A stretch of DNA of 64,000 bases from Basidiobolus meristosporus CBS 931.73 (GCA_002104905.1 MCFE01000223.1:59290-123289), one strand, 5' to 3'. Counted from the stretch's first letter, positions 13,877 to 27,521 are shown. Numbers and translations are program-made. The notes: generated by a model not told the origin, from the letters alone.

Positions 13877-14292
13877 CCACAACAAAGGCATCAAAGCAAC
13901 TGGAAAGAATCTCAATCCCTAAAGTATGGATACCTCTGAAATTTGAAACACAAAGTCTGAAGAGCTCAGTGGTTAACAATGGGCAACACATGATGACATT
14001 GCCTAGAGGAGTGCCATTGTTAAACCTAGAGGAAGTTGATGAAAACAATCAAGGACCACCTACAAACAAGGAACCAGAAGAAGAACTCCCCAAGCCAGAT
14101 GTGGACCCCAGTCCACCAAAAATTGACACACACTACATCAAAGAGACAATTGAAACTTTATTAAAAGACTACATCATTACAGAGAGCCAGTCTCCATGGG
14201 CCTCCCCTGTAGTGATAGTTCCAAAGAAAGACAGAAAGCAGCATTTTTGTTCCAAATTACACCAAAGGCATTGTTTTAACCTTTCAAGCTCT
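13877..14292 (+). pseudogene. pol: Fragment of another Ty3/gypsy pol (start of RT)
   Basis: IITESQSPWASPVVIVPKKD is the typical gypsy RT N-terminal motif; sequence differs from family B and the chromovirus. Confidence 0.7.
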
Positions 14293-14592
14293 TGACATTG
14301 CTACTTTGTCTGTCAGTGGGATATTCACTCTGTCAACAATGGAGGATGTGCCGGCTGTGGTAGACATATTTCATTCCTCTGCAAATTTATTTACTTCACT
14401 GCAGTGTAACACAACTGGCTGTGCTTCCAACTCTGGTCATAACTGCTGTTTTCTTGTTGGTAATTCTTCTTGGCTATGATGGGAGTCAGTCAGTTCCAGG
14501 CTTATGTTGTTAATTGGCAAGAACTGCCACTGATTACTTATGGGTCCCTGTCTCTGGCTTGTGTAGACTTTTTCCCCTTGATTTTTCTTTTA
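14293..14592 (+). mobile_element. CACTA internal fragment (ORF2 3' region)
   Basis: Matches about 42315-42610. Confidence 0.8.
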
Positions 14593-16363
14593 CCCTATGA
14601 AAAACAACTTGGTCCTGCAGGTGGATCCAATGCAGATTAGTCATCAGGATCCCATCTAGAGACTGCATTAATGCCAGCAGCTTAGAATTAGTGACTTTAA
14701 CAATCTTATGGCAGGATCATGGCAGTGTAGTGGTGTATAAGTCCAAAGGAGAGTTTCATCCAACACTTCTCAAGTGTTTTGTGGGTGGGGTGTTCACTGG
14801 GTGCAAAAATCTCTGGCAAAAGCTTGCTAGAAATACTTGAGTTCTGTCTCTAATCTAATGTGATGCTGAATAAAGCCACAAGCTTGTTAAGGAAAAACTA
14901 TTGAGCTACAGTCCCAAACTTAGTTGGCATCTTAACCAAAGTATTTGCTGGATTCAGCATCCTTTGAGATAAGAATGTACTGCAGCTTCCAGAGTCAAAA
15001 TAACTGTAAACTCCACCAGCAGGGACTTGATAAGAATGCAGCTGTGGTCAATAGTTACAAAGATATAAAAGTATCTTTGCCTGTGCAAGAACAAACTTGG
15101 GAAAGAATGAAATATAATAAAAGATACCTACTCTGAGTATTCCTCACAAGTAGTGCCTCCAAGTTCAATTGGCTGTAAGTGCAGTTTCTTGGGAGTGTCC
15201 AGTGGTCTGGGATTGGAAATTCAGGTAGCAGCAGATAGCAGTGATCACACTAAACAACAAGCTGGTATATTGATAAAAGGGATGATGATTTATTGGTAAG
15301 GGATTGCCGCCCTTGTATACTTTTCTCACTGGCCAAGTGATGACTAATCATAGTGTTCCAGAAGGTAGCAGATATCAATAGAAATCTTAATGATATCAGA
15401 ATGAGCTAAGAGTATTCTAAGTAGGTACTGGAAGGTTCTAAGAGGCACAGCACATCCAACCAATCAGGAATCAGTACTATGAAGCCCGTGAAATATAGGG
15501 GTACTTTATATGGCATAGAAGTGGTAGGGATGGTAACACATGTTGACCATGCGTCACGGGTACTGGTGTGGGTACTTGCCTAATATACTAGCACTTACAG
15601 CTTGTAATCTTACATAAAGTGAGGGATAACTTGTGCAATAAGGTAAGCAGGTGTGATAATCTGCCAGCTTATGGGATGGTACTGATCAAGTAAGGCAAAT
15701 GGGATAAAACTAAAATTAGTGTAGTAGAGATTTAGGGAAGTAGATGTTGCAGTTTATATAAGGAACTTCTCAAGAAATAGTGATAATAGTTGAACTGTTG
15801 CTTATTAATAAAGAAGCTCAGTATTTATACCTTTGTAGAAGTAATAAATCTGTAACACTAAGTAAGGAGGGTTTCTCAATATTCAGGAGCATTCTGTAAC
15901 AGTTGCAGGGTTAGTACATAATAGCTAGTATTAGTGCTAATTCATTCCTGACTAAAGGCAAATAATCATAAGATCATAGATCTGGAGAAAGTGGCAAAGT
16001 TGGAGCTGTAAGTTAGTCCCACAGTAACCAGCACTAGTCCTGAATTGTTAAGTAAATTTTTAGCTGCAGAATGATGCCACTGTTGAAATATTGGACTATT
16101 TGGTATCATTCAGCAGCTAAAAATTTACTTAACAATTCTAGGCTAGTCTTAGTCACTGTAGGACTCATTTACTGCCTTAACTTTGCCACTTTCTCCAGAT
16201 ATATGATCTTATGATTATTCCCCTATAGTCAGGATCAAATTAGCACTATTACCAAACATTATGTACCAACCCTGAAACTGTTACAGAATGCTCCTGAATA
16301 TTGGGAAACCCTCCCTACTTAGTGTTACAGATTTATTACTTCTACAAAGGTATAAATACTGAG

Positions 16364-19300
16364 ATATCTTCCCTGTAAAGGAGAGGTTTGATGGGAAGAA
16401 CTACAGACTTTGGAGAATCAAGATGCAGATCCACCTTGAGGAAAGAAAGCTTTGGAACATAGTAACAGGAAAGGAAGTTGAGCCCAAAGGAACAGCAGAA
16501 GATATGGAGAAGTTTCAAGAGAAGGAGAGAAAGGCCTTCAATGCAATATGCATCAATGTGCAAGACTCCTTCATTGGACAAATCCATGCCTCAAATACTG
16601 CCAAAGCAGCATGGGAATCCTTAGAGAAGATCTTTAGAGCAAAGTCAGTATCAAGCAAGCTTTATTTGAAACAAAAGTTCTTCAACATGAGAAAAAAGCC
16701 AGATGATGACATGCTACAACTCATTACCAGAATGGAGACACTTGCAGAAGAACTTTACAGTATTAATGCTGGTGTAGATGATGAAGAAAAGATACTCTGT
16801 CTGCTTTGCAGCCTACCAGACGAGTATGAGCCACTCATACTTTCTTTTGAAAGCAGAGAAGACAACTTGACTTTAGACTATGTCAAAGGAAGACTTCTCC
16901 ATGAAGAACTCAGACGTAATGATCAAGCAGAGAAAATTGAAGATAATGCTTTATTCAGTTCAGAAAGGCATACAGAAAGAAGGGAAAGCAACAAAACCGA
17001 AGAAAACCTGGCTGCTGTAACTACTGTAAGAAGCCAGGACACTGGGCAAGAGAATGCAAGAAGAAACAAGCAGACGAAAAAAAGAAACTAGAGCAGGCAA
17101 ACCATATAACTACTGATGAACAGTTATTTGTCACTGTACAAGAGAGTGCAAGTAACCAAAGTAATGAATGGTATATTGACTCTGGAGCGTCACAGCATAT
17201 TTGTGGTATAAAGGATTGGTTCAGCAACTTAAAGACTATTCCCGTAAGAAAGGTTTATCTGGGAGATAACTCTGCATTGGAAGCTACCGCCAGTGGGTCT
17301 ATACAACTAAATATGAGTGATAACTCAGGGGCAACAACAGCAAAACTGACTGATGTACTCTATGTACCTGGAATAGCTAAGAACCTACTCTCAGTCAGTA
17401 AAGCAACTACACAGGGACTGAAATTTGTTCTTACTAAGCTGAGCAGCTCAATATTGAGTGAAAATGGACAAAAATTAGCTTTGGGAATCAGAGATCACAA
17501 TATATACAAGTTACAATGCAAGATCATTGTACCTGAGTATGTCAACATTGCTGAAACTAATGAAACCAACTGGGAGACGTGGCATAGGAGGCTAGGACAC
17601 ATAGGGGAACAGAAAATGAGCCAATTGGTGAAAAATCAGCTTGTTTTGGGCCTAAAATACTCAATTCCAATCAAATTGAATGTTTGTAAGCGATGTTCAT
17701 ATGGCAAACAAGCTAGGCAACGTTTCAAGAGCTCAGAAGGCATCAATACCACCGAAATATTGGCTATTGTACACTCAGACATATGTGGCCCCATGAGAAC
17801 ACTGTCCTTTGAAGCCAAGAGATACTTTATGACGTTTATTGATGACAAGACAAGATATACATGGGTGTACTTCCTCAAAACAAAGGATGAAGCTTTAGAG
17901 ACGTTTAAGCACTTCAAGAACATGGCAGAAACACAAACTGGGTGTAAATTGAAGGTACTACAAAGTGACAATGGAGGAGAATACTGCTCAAAGGAGTTTG
18001 CAAAATACTGCTTGTCTACTGGTATACTTCAACAGACCACAGTTCCTCATACTCCACAGCAAAATGGAGTAGCAGAACATGCAAATAGAACAATAGTAGA
18101 GATGGCAAGATCTATGCTACATGATAAGGGAATGGACTACAAGTTTTGGGCTGAATCTGTTGCTACCGCTGTATACATCAAGAACAGATGCCCTGTTGAA
18201 ATATTGGACTATTTGGTATCATTCAGCAGCTAAAAATTTACTTAACAATTCTAGGCAAGTCTTAGTCACTGTAGGACTCATTTACTGCCTTAACTTTGCC
18301 ACTTTCTCCAGATATATGATCTTATGATTATTCCCCTATAGTCAGGATCAAATTAGCACTATTACCAAACATTATGTACTAACCCTGAAACTGTTACAGA
18401 ATGCTCCTGAATATTGGGAAACCCTCCCTACTTAGTGTTGCAGCTGTATTACTTCTACAAAGGTATAAATACTGAGCTTCTTTATGAATAAACAACAGTT
18501 CAACTATTATCACTATTTCTTAATAAGTTCCTTATATCCAAATCACTTCTTAAATTGCAACATGCCCAACAACAGCGCTACATGATTCTTCACCCTTTGA
18601 AGCATATACAGGCAAACAACCAGATCTCCAGCACCTCAGGATCTTTGGCAGTGATGTTTTTTATCACATCCCTGACAAAAAACGCTCAAAGTTGGAACCA
18701 AAGAGTAGAAAAGGGATCTTTCTTGGGTATTGTGAAGATACTAAAGGGTATAGAGTGTATGATGGCGAAATTCAGAAGCTGATCAAGAGCAGGGACGTTG
18801 TATTTGAGGAGAATTCAGATCAGAAAGCCACAGAAATCATTGGCCAGCTGCCTGATGATGCAATCAACACAAATGAAGAAGATACGTACCAAATCCAGCC
18901 AGAGATGGAAGATACTTCTACCAGTTCCAGATCAGATCAGATTATCCCAGTTAGGAGATCTACCAGAATAAGAAATGCCCCTGGATCCTGGTGGCAGACA
19001 TCCAATGATCATGAAGAAGCTTATCTTGCCTTATGTGCCAAACCTCAGAATCTGGAACAGGCAATGCAAGGTCCAGATGCTACTAAGTGGCAACAAGCCA
19101 TGCAGGAGGAGTACCAATCACTGATCAAGGCAAAAACGTGGGAACTGGTAGATTTACCAAATGGGAGAAAGCCAATAGGATGTAGATGGGTCTACAAGAT
19201 CAAGATAACCTCAAATGGTGCCGTTGATAAGTACAAGGCTAGATTGGTAGCTAAAGGCTATTCCCAGATCCAGGGACTAGACTTTAAGGAAACATTTGCT

Positions 19301-20623
19301 CCGGTTGCCAAGTTTAACTCTATTAGGACAGTTCTAGCCCTGGCAGCTGTACACAGTCTAGATCTACACCAAATGGACGTCAAAACAGCCTTTCTAAATG
19401 GGGATCTGCAAGAAACTATATATATGGAGCGACCAGAAGGTTTTACCGATCCAAAAGGCCCCCATAAGGTGTGCAAACTTAAAAAATCGTTGTATGGGCT
19501 TAAGCAGGCACCCAGAGCATGGTATAACAAGATTGACACATATCTAGAGGAAATTGGGTTCTCTTGTAGCACTGCAGATCACAGTATATATGTGAAACAG
19601 CTCAAAAAGGGTGTGATCATCCTAGTTCTTTATGTGGACGACCTAATTATAGCTACAAGTGATCAAGAGGCACTTAAACAGACGAAATCAGATCTCTTCA
19701 GCAAGTTTGAGATGAAAGATCTTGGAAAATTGAGCTATTTTCTTGGAATTGAGGTCAAATTTGACATACCTACGCAGAAAATTGTGCTGAATCAGTCTAA
19801 GTACATCAGGGACATTCTTAGACGCTTCAAAATGGAAAATTGCAAACCTGCAGCAACCCCTATGGACAATAACCTGAAATTAAGCAAATCTCAGCCAGTT
19901 ATAGATGAAAACGGCTCAAATATGGACCAAAACCTTCCCTATCAATCAATGGTTGGTAACCTAATGTACTTGATGGTGTCTACATGTCCAGATATTGCAG
20001 TAGCAGTTGGAATAGTCAGTCAATTCATGCAGAATTATGGATCAGATCAAATTACAGCAGTTAAGTGGATTTTCAGATATCTACAAGGTACCATAAATAT
20101 GGTACTGGAATACTCTGGAGCAGCTAATAGGCAAAAATTTGATGGTTATAGTGATTCAGATTGGGGTAGGGATTTGATTGACAGATGCTCTACCACAGGC
20201 TATGTATTTCTTTATGCTGGTGCAGTTATTACTTGGAATTGCAAGTAACAACCAACTGTGGCACTATCTACAACTGAAGCCAAATATATGGCTGCATGTC
20301 AAGCAACTAAGGAGGCTATATGGCTACAAAAATTATTCAAAGACTTAGGTTTTAATTCAGGTGAACCAACATGTATTTACAAGGATAATCAAAGTTGTAT
20401 TTCATTGGCTAGAAATCCTACTAATCATGCCAGAACTAAGCACATTGATATACAGCATCACTTTGTGAGGGAAGCTGTAGAAAATAATTTAGTAGAGCTG
20501 GTTTACTGCCCAACTGACAAAATGGTGGCAGACATATTGACAAAACCACTAGCTAGGCCACAGATTGAGATCCTTAGAGAGAAATTGGGATTAAGAAATT
20601 ATTTAGTTGAGGGGGAGTGTTGA
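16364..20623 (+). pseudogene. gag-pol: copia-2 gag-pol (gag, protease, GAG-pre-integrase, integrase, RT, RNase H)
   Basis: ORFs 16423-17091, 17277-18233, 18692-20248, 20258-20623; CNYCKKPGHWAREC knuckle, WYIDSGAS, SDNGGEY, LYVDD, GYSDSDWG, KHIDI. Lesions: 1-bp deletion near 16975, LTR insertion at 18194, TAA at 20246. Confidence 0.95.
18194..18562 (+). repeat. copia-2 solo LTR inserted in the element's own integrase; TSD TGCCC
   Basis: Full 369-bp LTR; TGCCC at 18189-18193 and 18563-18567; removal restores KNRCPTTALHDSSPFEAYTG. Confidence 0.96.
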
Positions 20624-23600
20624 AATATTGGACTATTTGGTATCATTCAGCAGCTAAAAATTTACTTAACAATTTTAGGCTAGTCTTAGTCACTGTAGGA
20701 CTCATTTACTGCCTTAACTTTGCCACTTTCTCCAGATATATGATCTTATGATTATTCCCCTATAGTCAGGATCAAATTAGCACTATTACCAAACATTATG
20801 TACTAACCCTGAAACTGTTACAGAATGCTCCTGAATATTGAGAAACCCTCCCTACTTAGTGTTGCAGCTGTATTACTTCTACAAAGGTATAAATACTGAG
20901 CTTCTTTATGAATAAACAACAGTTCAACTATTATCACTATTTCTTGATAAGTTCCTTATATCCAAATCACTTCTTAAATTACAACAGCCACAGAGTCCAA
21001 TATTTTAACAGTAGAAAATATGCAAATGAGCACATCTGTCAGTGGGTATTACTGTGACCCCACTACAACAACATTTTGCTAATTTTACTGCAAAATAAAG
21101 TCAAAATACTTGACAAGGTTTGAATGGAGTTACTATAATAGTTGCATGGCATTTTTGCAGTGTTAATGCGGTCAACAACTCTTTTTAATGGATCTAACCA
21201 GCCAGAACATTGAGTGGCCTTATATGGCAATAACTTGATGATATTTCATCGGTCTCACTGCAAGACTCTGATGGCATTATCACAGCTGTATAGTGGCCTA
21301 CAGCTAGTTCTATATAATGCTACTGTACCAGCTTACCAATTAGTATTTCCTTGATAGAATGGCTTCAGAACACCACCTGAATAAAAACATATCCAGCTTA
21401 TTGAGTCTTTGCATTTGTATTGTTGCATATGAATATGAGTATTGATTAGAGCCTGTGAGAAGTACATGAGGTGGTGGATACTCTGTAGTATCATGCCAGT
21501 TCTTTCAAATTTCTCCAGTATCCCAAAGGGCCCATTTAGCTTGGAATGTCCCATGTTCAACTTGGTAATCAGTATAGAGATATTGTTGAAAAGCAAATTC
21601 ATTGCTCCTAGTGGAAAGCTTTTACTCAAACAGATACCCTCTATCTTACATATATCCGGTTTCCAATTAATTACATATTCCAGCAAAAGGCATATAGCTT
21701 GCCAACTTTGCTGCAATTGCAAGCTGACTTCTGTATGTTCTCTCTGTGGGAATATTATTTTCTCAGTGTTGATGATTGGGTAATAATAATGTGTATGAGT
21801 TATGGAATAAATCCCCTGTATCTTATGCATTTGACTGCAATACTGTCCCTTGTGCACAGAATGACCTGCTATCTTGCTGATGGCTGGGGTATCTCCAATG
21901 CAGATAATAAAATGCGCTTTTACAAGATGGCTATTAACAGTTATCCTGCTGGAAAGCATACATAATACATTTGGCAATCAATGCAGGTAGCTATTGAGGT
22001 TAGACAGTGATTTAAGTGCAAATACCAGTGAGACTACCATCAGATCTTTGCTCTGATACTGTAAGATAGGGGGCAGATTCAAATTGTTGAGGATCAGTGG
22101 CTAGCAGGATATGTGGTAGAGTACTTGTTTAATAAGAATCTATCAAGTGCTAAAGCAAAGGCATGGTCACATATATTTTCAAAGTAGCCATTGGTTCTTT
22201 GCTGTTTGTAATGTTTACCATCAAATATACTTGATATTTGCACTTGAATGATACTGAGTGTGGTACTGTATAGCATTGCAATATTTGTTGGACTTCATTT
22301 GCTTCTTTATGTAGGTATTACCACATCATTATATCATTCACCTGTAAATAGATTACTAGGCTCACTTGGCTCTACAAAGTATCCTGGGCATTTGTTTTAA
22401 CAGTTGTTGTCTGATTGCATATTAGGATCTGACAAGGCTTATGCATGGTGCTTTTGTTAGGGGAGATAGGCTCACAATCAATCACTGAACCTTTGTTATC
22501 AGAGCTAACTCTCTGCATGGCATATTCAGAATGGTGAGGTGAGCCTAAAGGCATCCAAAACTCACCTGGCTCAGTTTGCACAAGGTTACAAAGACAGGCA
22601 GGTGCAAAGATAGGAGTATCAACAGGCTGGCAAGATAATGTTGTTACAGTAGTGACTGATGCATGGTCAAATATGACCCATGTAGCAAAACACTGGCTGT
22701 GATCCATGTTATACTTCCTATGCTGTCTGCTTGCTTCATGACTGGGGCACATACTACAATAGCCACAAGGTCTTTTTTCTCTTCTCCTATGGCATTGAAT
22801 CAAAGTAGTCTTGTCCATGGGGCAGACATTCTGACCTTCAACAAAGTAACACTATCATATCACTTTTTAGTCAATACTCATATGAATTTAAGAGAGTATT
22901 GTATTAGAGACATTGCACCTTCATAAATGTGAGATTCAGTGAAGACCTGCCATTATAAGCATTGCAAATGAAGTTATGGCACTACATACACATATATATG
23001 TAACATTATTTCCCATTTGGTTTGGCTCACTTCCATATATATACTGCCAAAAATAAAACTAAGTCATCTGGTTCCCAACCATACCCCACTGCTGATGGCA
23101 GCAGAAAAATGGTTGGACAACAGCTTGCTTTGACATTCAGTACAACAAATAGGGCTACATCCAAAAATGGCCCTGTGGACAGTGCACTCATTGAAGGTAA
23201 TAATGCGGACTCCTCTGGCTGTCAGTTAAGTAGGTAAATAAGAACCTTTGCAGAGCCACATGCTGACTGTTATGCCCAGGCAGATGATAATGTAGCAAAT
23301 GCAGTACCTTCAGTTGAAGACCAACAAGTTACTGTAATAACATCACCACCACCCATATTGGCAAGTATGTTTTCAGCTCATACCAAAGCATTAATGAGGT
23401 ATTTAGGAGCAGTGACTGATAGGGTAGATGCAATGGCCTGGAGAAATCACAAAATAGTCTCTAAACAGGATGAGCTGATAATACATGTAGAGTAATCATT
23501 ATCCTAAGTAGAGAAAGCAGTATATTTGCTGCAAGAAAGGAACTGAAAAAGCTCAATGTCACAGCCAAGAATCAAGCCCTTTCCCAATGTAACATCAGAG

Positions 23601-23844
23601 GAGCACTGTACAGTCTTTCAAGTATAGCAATAGTGCCCAAAGCCTAAGCCCACAGAAAAACCTATTGCAGCATGGGAGGGAGAGAATGTAGTGTTTATTC
23701 TAAAGACTAAAAATAAGAAGACACAGAAGATCTGTCAAGCGGTAGAGTGCAGCAATGAGGAGTGGGCTAATGTTCAAGAGGCCATCAGAAGTCTAGCATG
23801 CCATCACCTTGAGTCCAGCATTGCATGGGACTATCAGGAGCTCA

Positions 23845-24132
23845 ATCAGTATTGTCTGTTAAGTCAGTAGCATTATTCAGCAAATGAATCAGCAGATCCT
23901 TATCAGACTAAAATAGGTATACTAAGTAGGATCTCATTGGGTGATGATGATGCAATCAAATGAGTCATCAGCTTCAACTTACATTAAGAAATACTATCAG
24001 TTAGCAATGAATCTGGCAAAATGTATATAAGGAGCTGCTTCAACCTCAGTATAAGTTAGTAGAAGTTTTAGTGAATAGAATACTAGCTAAACTCCCGAAT
24101 CCTCTTCAAATCTTATACCAGGACTTGTAACA
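23845..24132 (+). repeat. Partial LTR of orphan family D
   Basis: Reverse complement of about 31854-32140; contains TATATAAGG; ends TGTAACA. Confidence 0.8.
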
Positions 24133-27100
24133 TATGAAGAACTTGTAATGCAAAGATCAAGCAGAGATAATTGAATATAATGATTGATTCAGCCCAGAAA
24201 GACAAACAGAAAAGAAGGGAAAGCTACAAAACTCAAGAAATGCTGGTTGCTGTGACTATTGTCATAAGCTAGGACACTGCGCACAAAAATGCAAGAAGAG
24301 AAAGCAGACAAAAATGACAAATTAGAGCAGGCAATCCATATAACTACTGATGAACTGTTATTTGTAACTGTGCAAGAGAGCTCAATTAACCATAATAATG
24401 AATGGTATATTGACTCTAGAGCATTAGAGCATATTTGCAGTATGAAGGAGTGATTTATCAACTTACAGACTATTTCCATAAGAAAGCTTTAACTTGGAGA
24501 TAAATCTGCACTGGAAGCTACCACCAGTGTGTCTATACAGCCATATATGAGTGATATCTCAGGGGTAACAGCAGCAAAACTGACTGACATAATTTATGTG
24601 CGTGGAATTGCCAGGAAACTACTCAGTTAGTAAAGCAATTACTCAGGGACTGAAGTATGTCATGGCTAAGCAGAGCTGCTCAATCTGAGTGAAAATGAGC
24701 AAAATTAGCTCTGGAAATCCAAGATCAAAATATATACAACTTACAATGCAAGATTGTTGTGACACAGTATGTCAGCATTGCCAAACCTGATTGAACTAAC
24801 TGGGAGATAGGGCATAGGATGCTAGGACACACTGGGAACAGAAAATGAGCCAACTGGAGAAAAATCAACCTGTTTTGGGCATGATTTACTCAATTCCAAT
24901 CAGAGTGAATGTCTGTAAGGGTTGCTTATATGGCTAGGCAACATATCAGGAGCTCAGGGTGCATTAACACAACCTAAATAATGGCTATTGCGCACTCAGT
25001 AATATATTGGCTGATTAAAATACTGTAACTTGGAGACACAAGATACTTACATCACATATTGAAAAAGAAGTAAAGATATACATGGTTGTACTACTGCTAG
25101 ACAAGGGATGAGGTTTTGGAGATGTTTAAGCACTTCAAGGATATGGCAGGAACACAAATTGGGTTTAAATGGAGGGTAGGTTGAAGTGATAATGGAGTCA
25201 AATATTGCTCCAAGGAGTGTGCAAAATACTGCTCAACTACTGACATACTTCAAAAGACCACTGTCCCACCTACTCCACAGCAAAATGGAGTATCAGAATA
25301 TACAAATAGATCTTCAGTAGAGATGAGAAGATTTATGTTATATGTCAATGGAATCAACTACAGGTTTTTGGCTAAATCTATTGCTACTACAGTATACATT
25401 AAGAATAGATGCCTAACAACAGCTCCACCTGACTCTACACCCTTTGAAACATTTATAGGCAAAAAAAAGACCTCCAGCTCCCTAGGAGTATTTGGCAGCA
25501 ATGTCTTTAATCACATTCCTGACAGAAAATGCCCAAAGTTGGAATCAAAGAGTAGAAAAGGGTTATTTCTTGGGTGTTGTTGGATACTAAAGGTTATAGA
25601 GTTTATTATGTCAACAGTCAGAAGCTGATCAAGAATAAGAATGTTGTATTTGAGAAGAATTCAGTTCAGAAAGTCACTGAAATCATTGGCCAGCTGCCTG
25701 ATAATGCAATCAGCACTAATGGAGAAGCTACATAACTAATTTGGCCAAATACAGAAGATAATTCTGCCAGTTTCCAATCAGAGCAGTTTATTTTAAATAG
25801 GAGATCTGCCATAATAGGAAATGCCCCTGGATCCTGGAATCAGGCATATAGGGATCAGCCTAATGAGTGCTACAAGTGACCAGCAAGCACTCAACAGACA
25901 AAATCAGATCTCTTCAACAAGTTTGAAATAAAAGATCTTGGAAACTTAGCTATTTTCTTGGAATTGAAGTTAAATATGACTTACCTTTGCATAAATTGTG
26001 CTGAATCAGTATAAGTACCCTAGGGACATCCTCAGATGCTTCAAAATGGAAAATTGCAAGCCTGCAGCTACCCCTCTGGATAATAACTTGAAACTCAGCA
26101 AATCTGAGACAGATCTGGGCAAAAACGGCAAATATATGATGCTGTCTACACATTCAGATATTGCAGTAGCAGCTTGAATAGTCCGTCAATTCACAAAAAG
26201 TTGCCAATCAGGACATATTACAGTAGTTAAGCAGATTTTCAGATATTATTGCATCTTATGAATATTGTACTGGAAGACTGTGGAGCAGTTGATAGGCAAA
26301 ATTTTGATGGTTATAGTAAATTTGGTTGGGGTAGGGATCTAAATGACAGAAGCTCCACCACTGGGTATGTACTTCTTTATGCTAGTGCACCCATTACTTG
26401 CAATTGCAAGAAAGAACCAACTATAGCCCTATCTACAACTGAAGTCAAGTATATGGCTGCTTGTCATGCAACTAAGGAGGCTATATGGCTACAGAAATTA
26501 CTCAAGGACTTGTGTTTTATTCCAATGAATCAACATGTATTTACAAGAATAGTCAAAGTTGTAATTCACCAGCTACAAATCCTACTGATCATGTCAGAAC
26601 TAAACTCATGGATAAACAAAATGGTAGCAGATATATTGACAAGTCCACTGGCTAGGCCACATTTTGAGAATATCAGAGAGGAACTAGGATTGAGATATTA
26701 GACTTGTTCTGTTGGATAGTGCCACATTGAGCCATGAGTGCCAAATGATGCCATAGTGTGCCAGAGAGGCCAAGTGAGCATCTACCTGGCCACAGAGTGT
26801 GAAACATAGCTCCGCATCTTCATGCAAAGCAGCCCCTGTGTTTCACCCATTGTGTTAGAGAAAATCCATTTTTTGACCTTTTTTTTGAATCAATGTTGTG
26901 CAGGATGTGTTGGAGCACAAGCAGATTGAAGATATGCATCTGGTACTAAATACCTATGGCACTCTGAATCTAGCTCCTGTAGCTTGTATCATGTCACAAA
27001 AATGAATGGCACTATCTTGGTCCACTGGTACTATCTGGCACTATATTTAAATATTAGCCCTAAAGTAAGATCTATACAAAGCACTTATAGTGCCAGATAG

Positions 27101-27521
27101 TACCAGTGGACCAAGATAGTGCCATTCATTTTTGTGACATAATACAAGCTACAGGAGCTAGATTCAGAGTGCCATGAGTATTGAGTACCAGATGCATATC
27201 TTCAGTTCTCCTGTGCTCTTACACATTCTGAGCTACATTGATCCACAAAAAAAGGTCAAAAAATGGATTTTCTCCTGCGCAATGGGTGAAACACAGGGGC
27301 TGCTTTACATGAAGATGCAGAGCTATGTTTCACACTCTGCGGCCAAGTATAGGCTCACTTGACCTCTCTGGCACACTATGGCATCATCTGGCACTCATGG
27401 CTCAATGTGGCACTATCCAACGGAACACGTCTATTATTTAGTTTTAGGGGGGATGTTGATACATTGGACTATTTGGTATCATTCAGCAGCTAAAGATTGA
27501 ATTATCAATTCTGGACTAGTC
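24133..27521 (+). mobile_element. copia-2 degenerate, internally deleted copy with the start of its 3' LTR (27454-27521); interrupted by the foldback element
   Basis: Colinear with 16900-20690 apart from large RT deletions. Confidence 0.88.
26700..27432. mobile_element. Non-autonomous foldback element, about 346-bp inverted arms and a 40-bp loop; TSD ATT
   Basis: 26700-27045 is the near-perfect reverse complement of 27086-27432; ends AGAC..GTCT; removing it with one ATT restores the copia-2 spacing seen at 20588-20610. Confidence 0.92.

Larger units (their letters stand above)
16081..20986 (+). mobile_element. Ty1/copia family 2, near-complete; TSD GCCAC
   Basis: 5' LTR 16081-16363 (truncated), 3' LTR 20618-20986, PPT GAGGGGGAG; GCCAC at 16076-16080 and 20987-20991. 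Confidence 0.96.
15745..21010 (-). repeat. copia-2 solo LTR, split into 15745-16080 and 20992-21010; TSD GTAGA
   Basis: Reverse complement of 20618-20986; GTAGA at 15740-15744 and 21011-21015. Confidence 0.93.
14726..21067 (-). repeat. gypsy-B solo LTR (U3 variant 2), split into 14726-15744 and 21016-21067
   Basis: Reverse complement of 60106-61176; termini TGTAGTGG at 14726 and CCACTACA at 21067; no internal gypsy sequence. Confidence 0.9.
14593..23845 (-). mobile_element. CACTA copy C: TIR at 14593, interrupted at 14726-21067 by nested LTR elements, truncated near 23845
   Basis: CCCTATGAAAAACAAC at 14593; sequence resumes at 21068; transposase remnants 21333-22818; ORF2 5' part 23030-23845. 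Confidence 0.85.

Noticed and set aside
16970-16980. Programmed ribosomal frameshift in copia-2
   Set aside because: The sister copy at about 24208 has one more A (CAGAAAAGAAGG), which restores a single frame; copia gag-pol is normally one ORF.
26700-27432. CRISPR array or structural RNA gene
   Set aside because: It is one long inverted repeat with a TSD and a related MITE elsewhere; there is no repeat-spacer periodicity and no cas genes.
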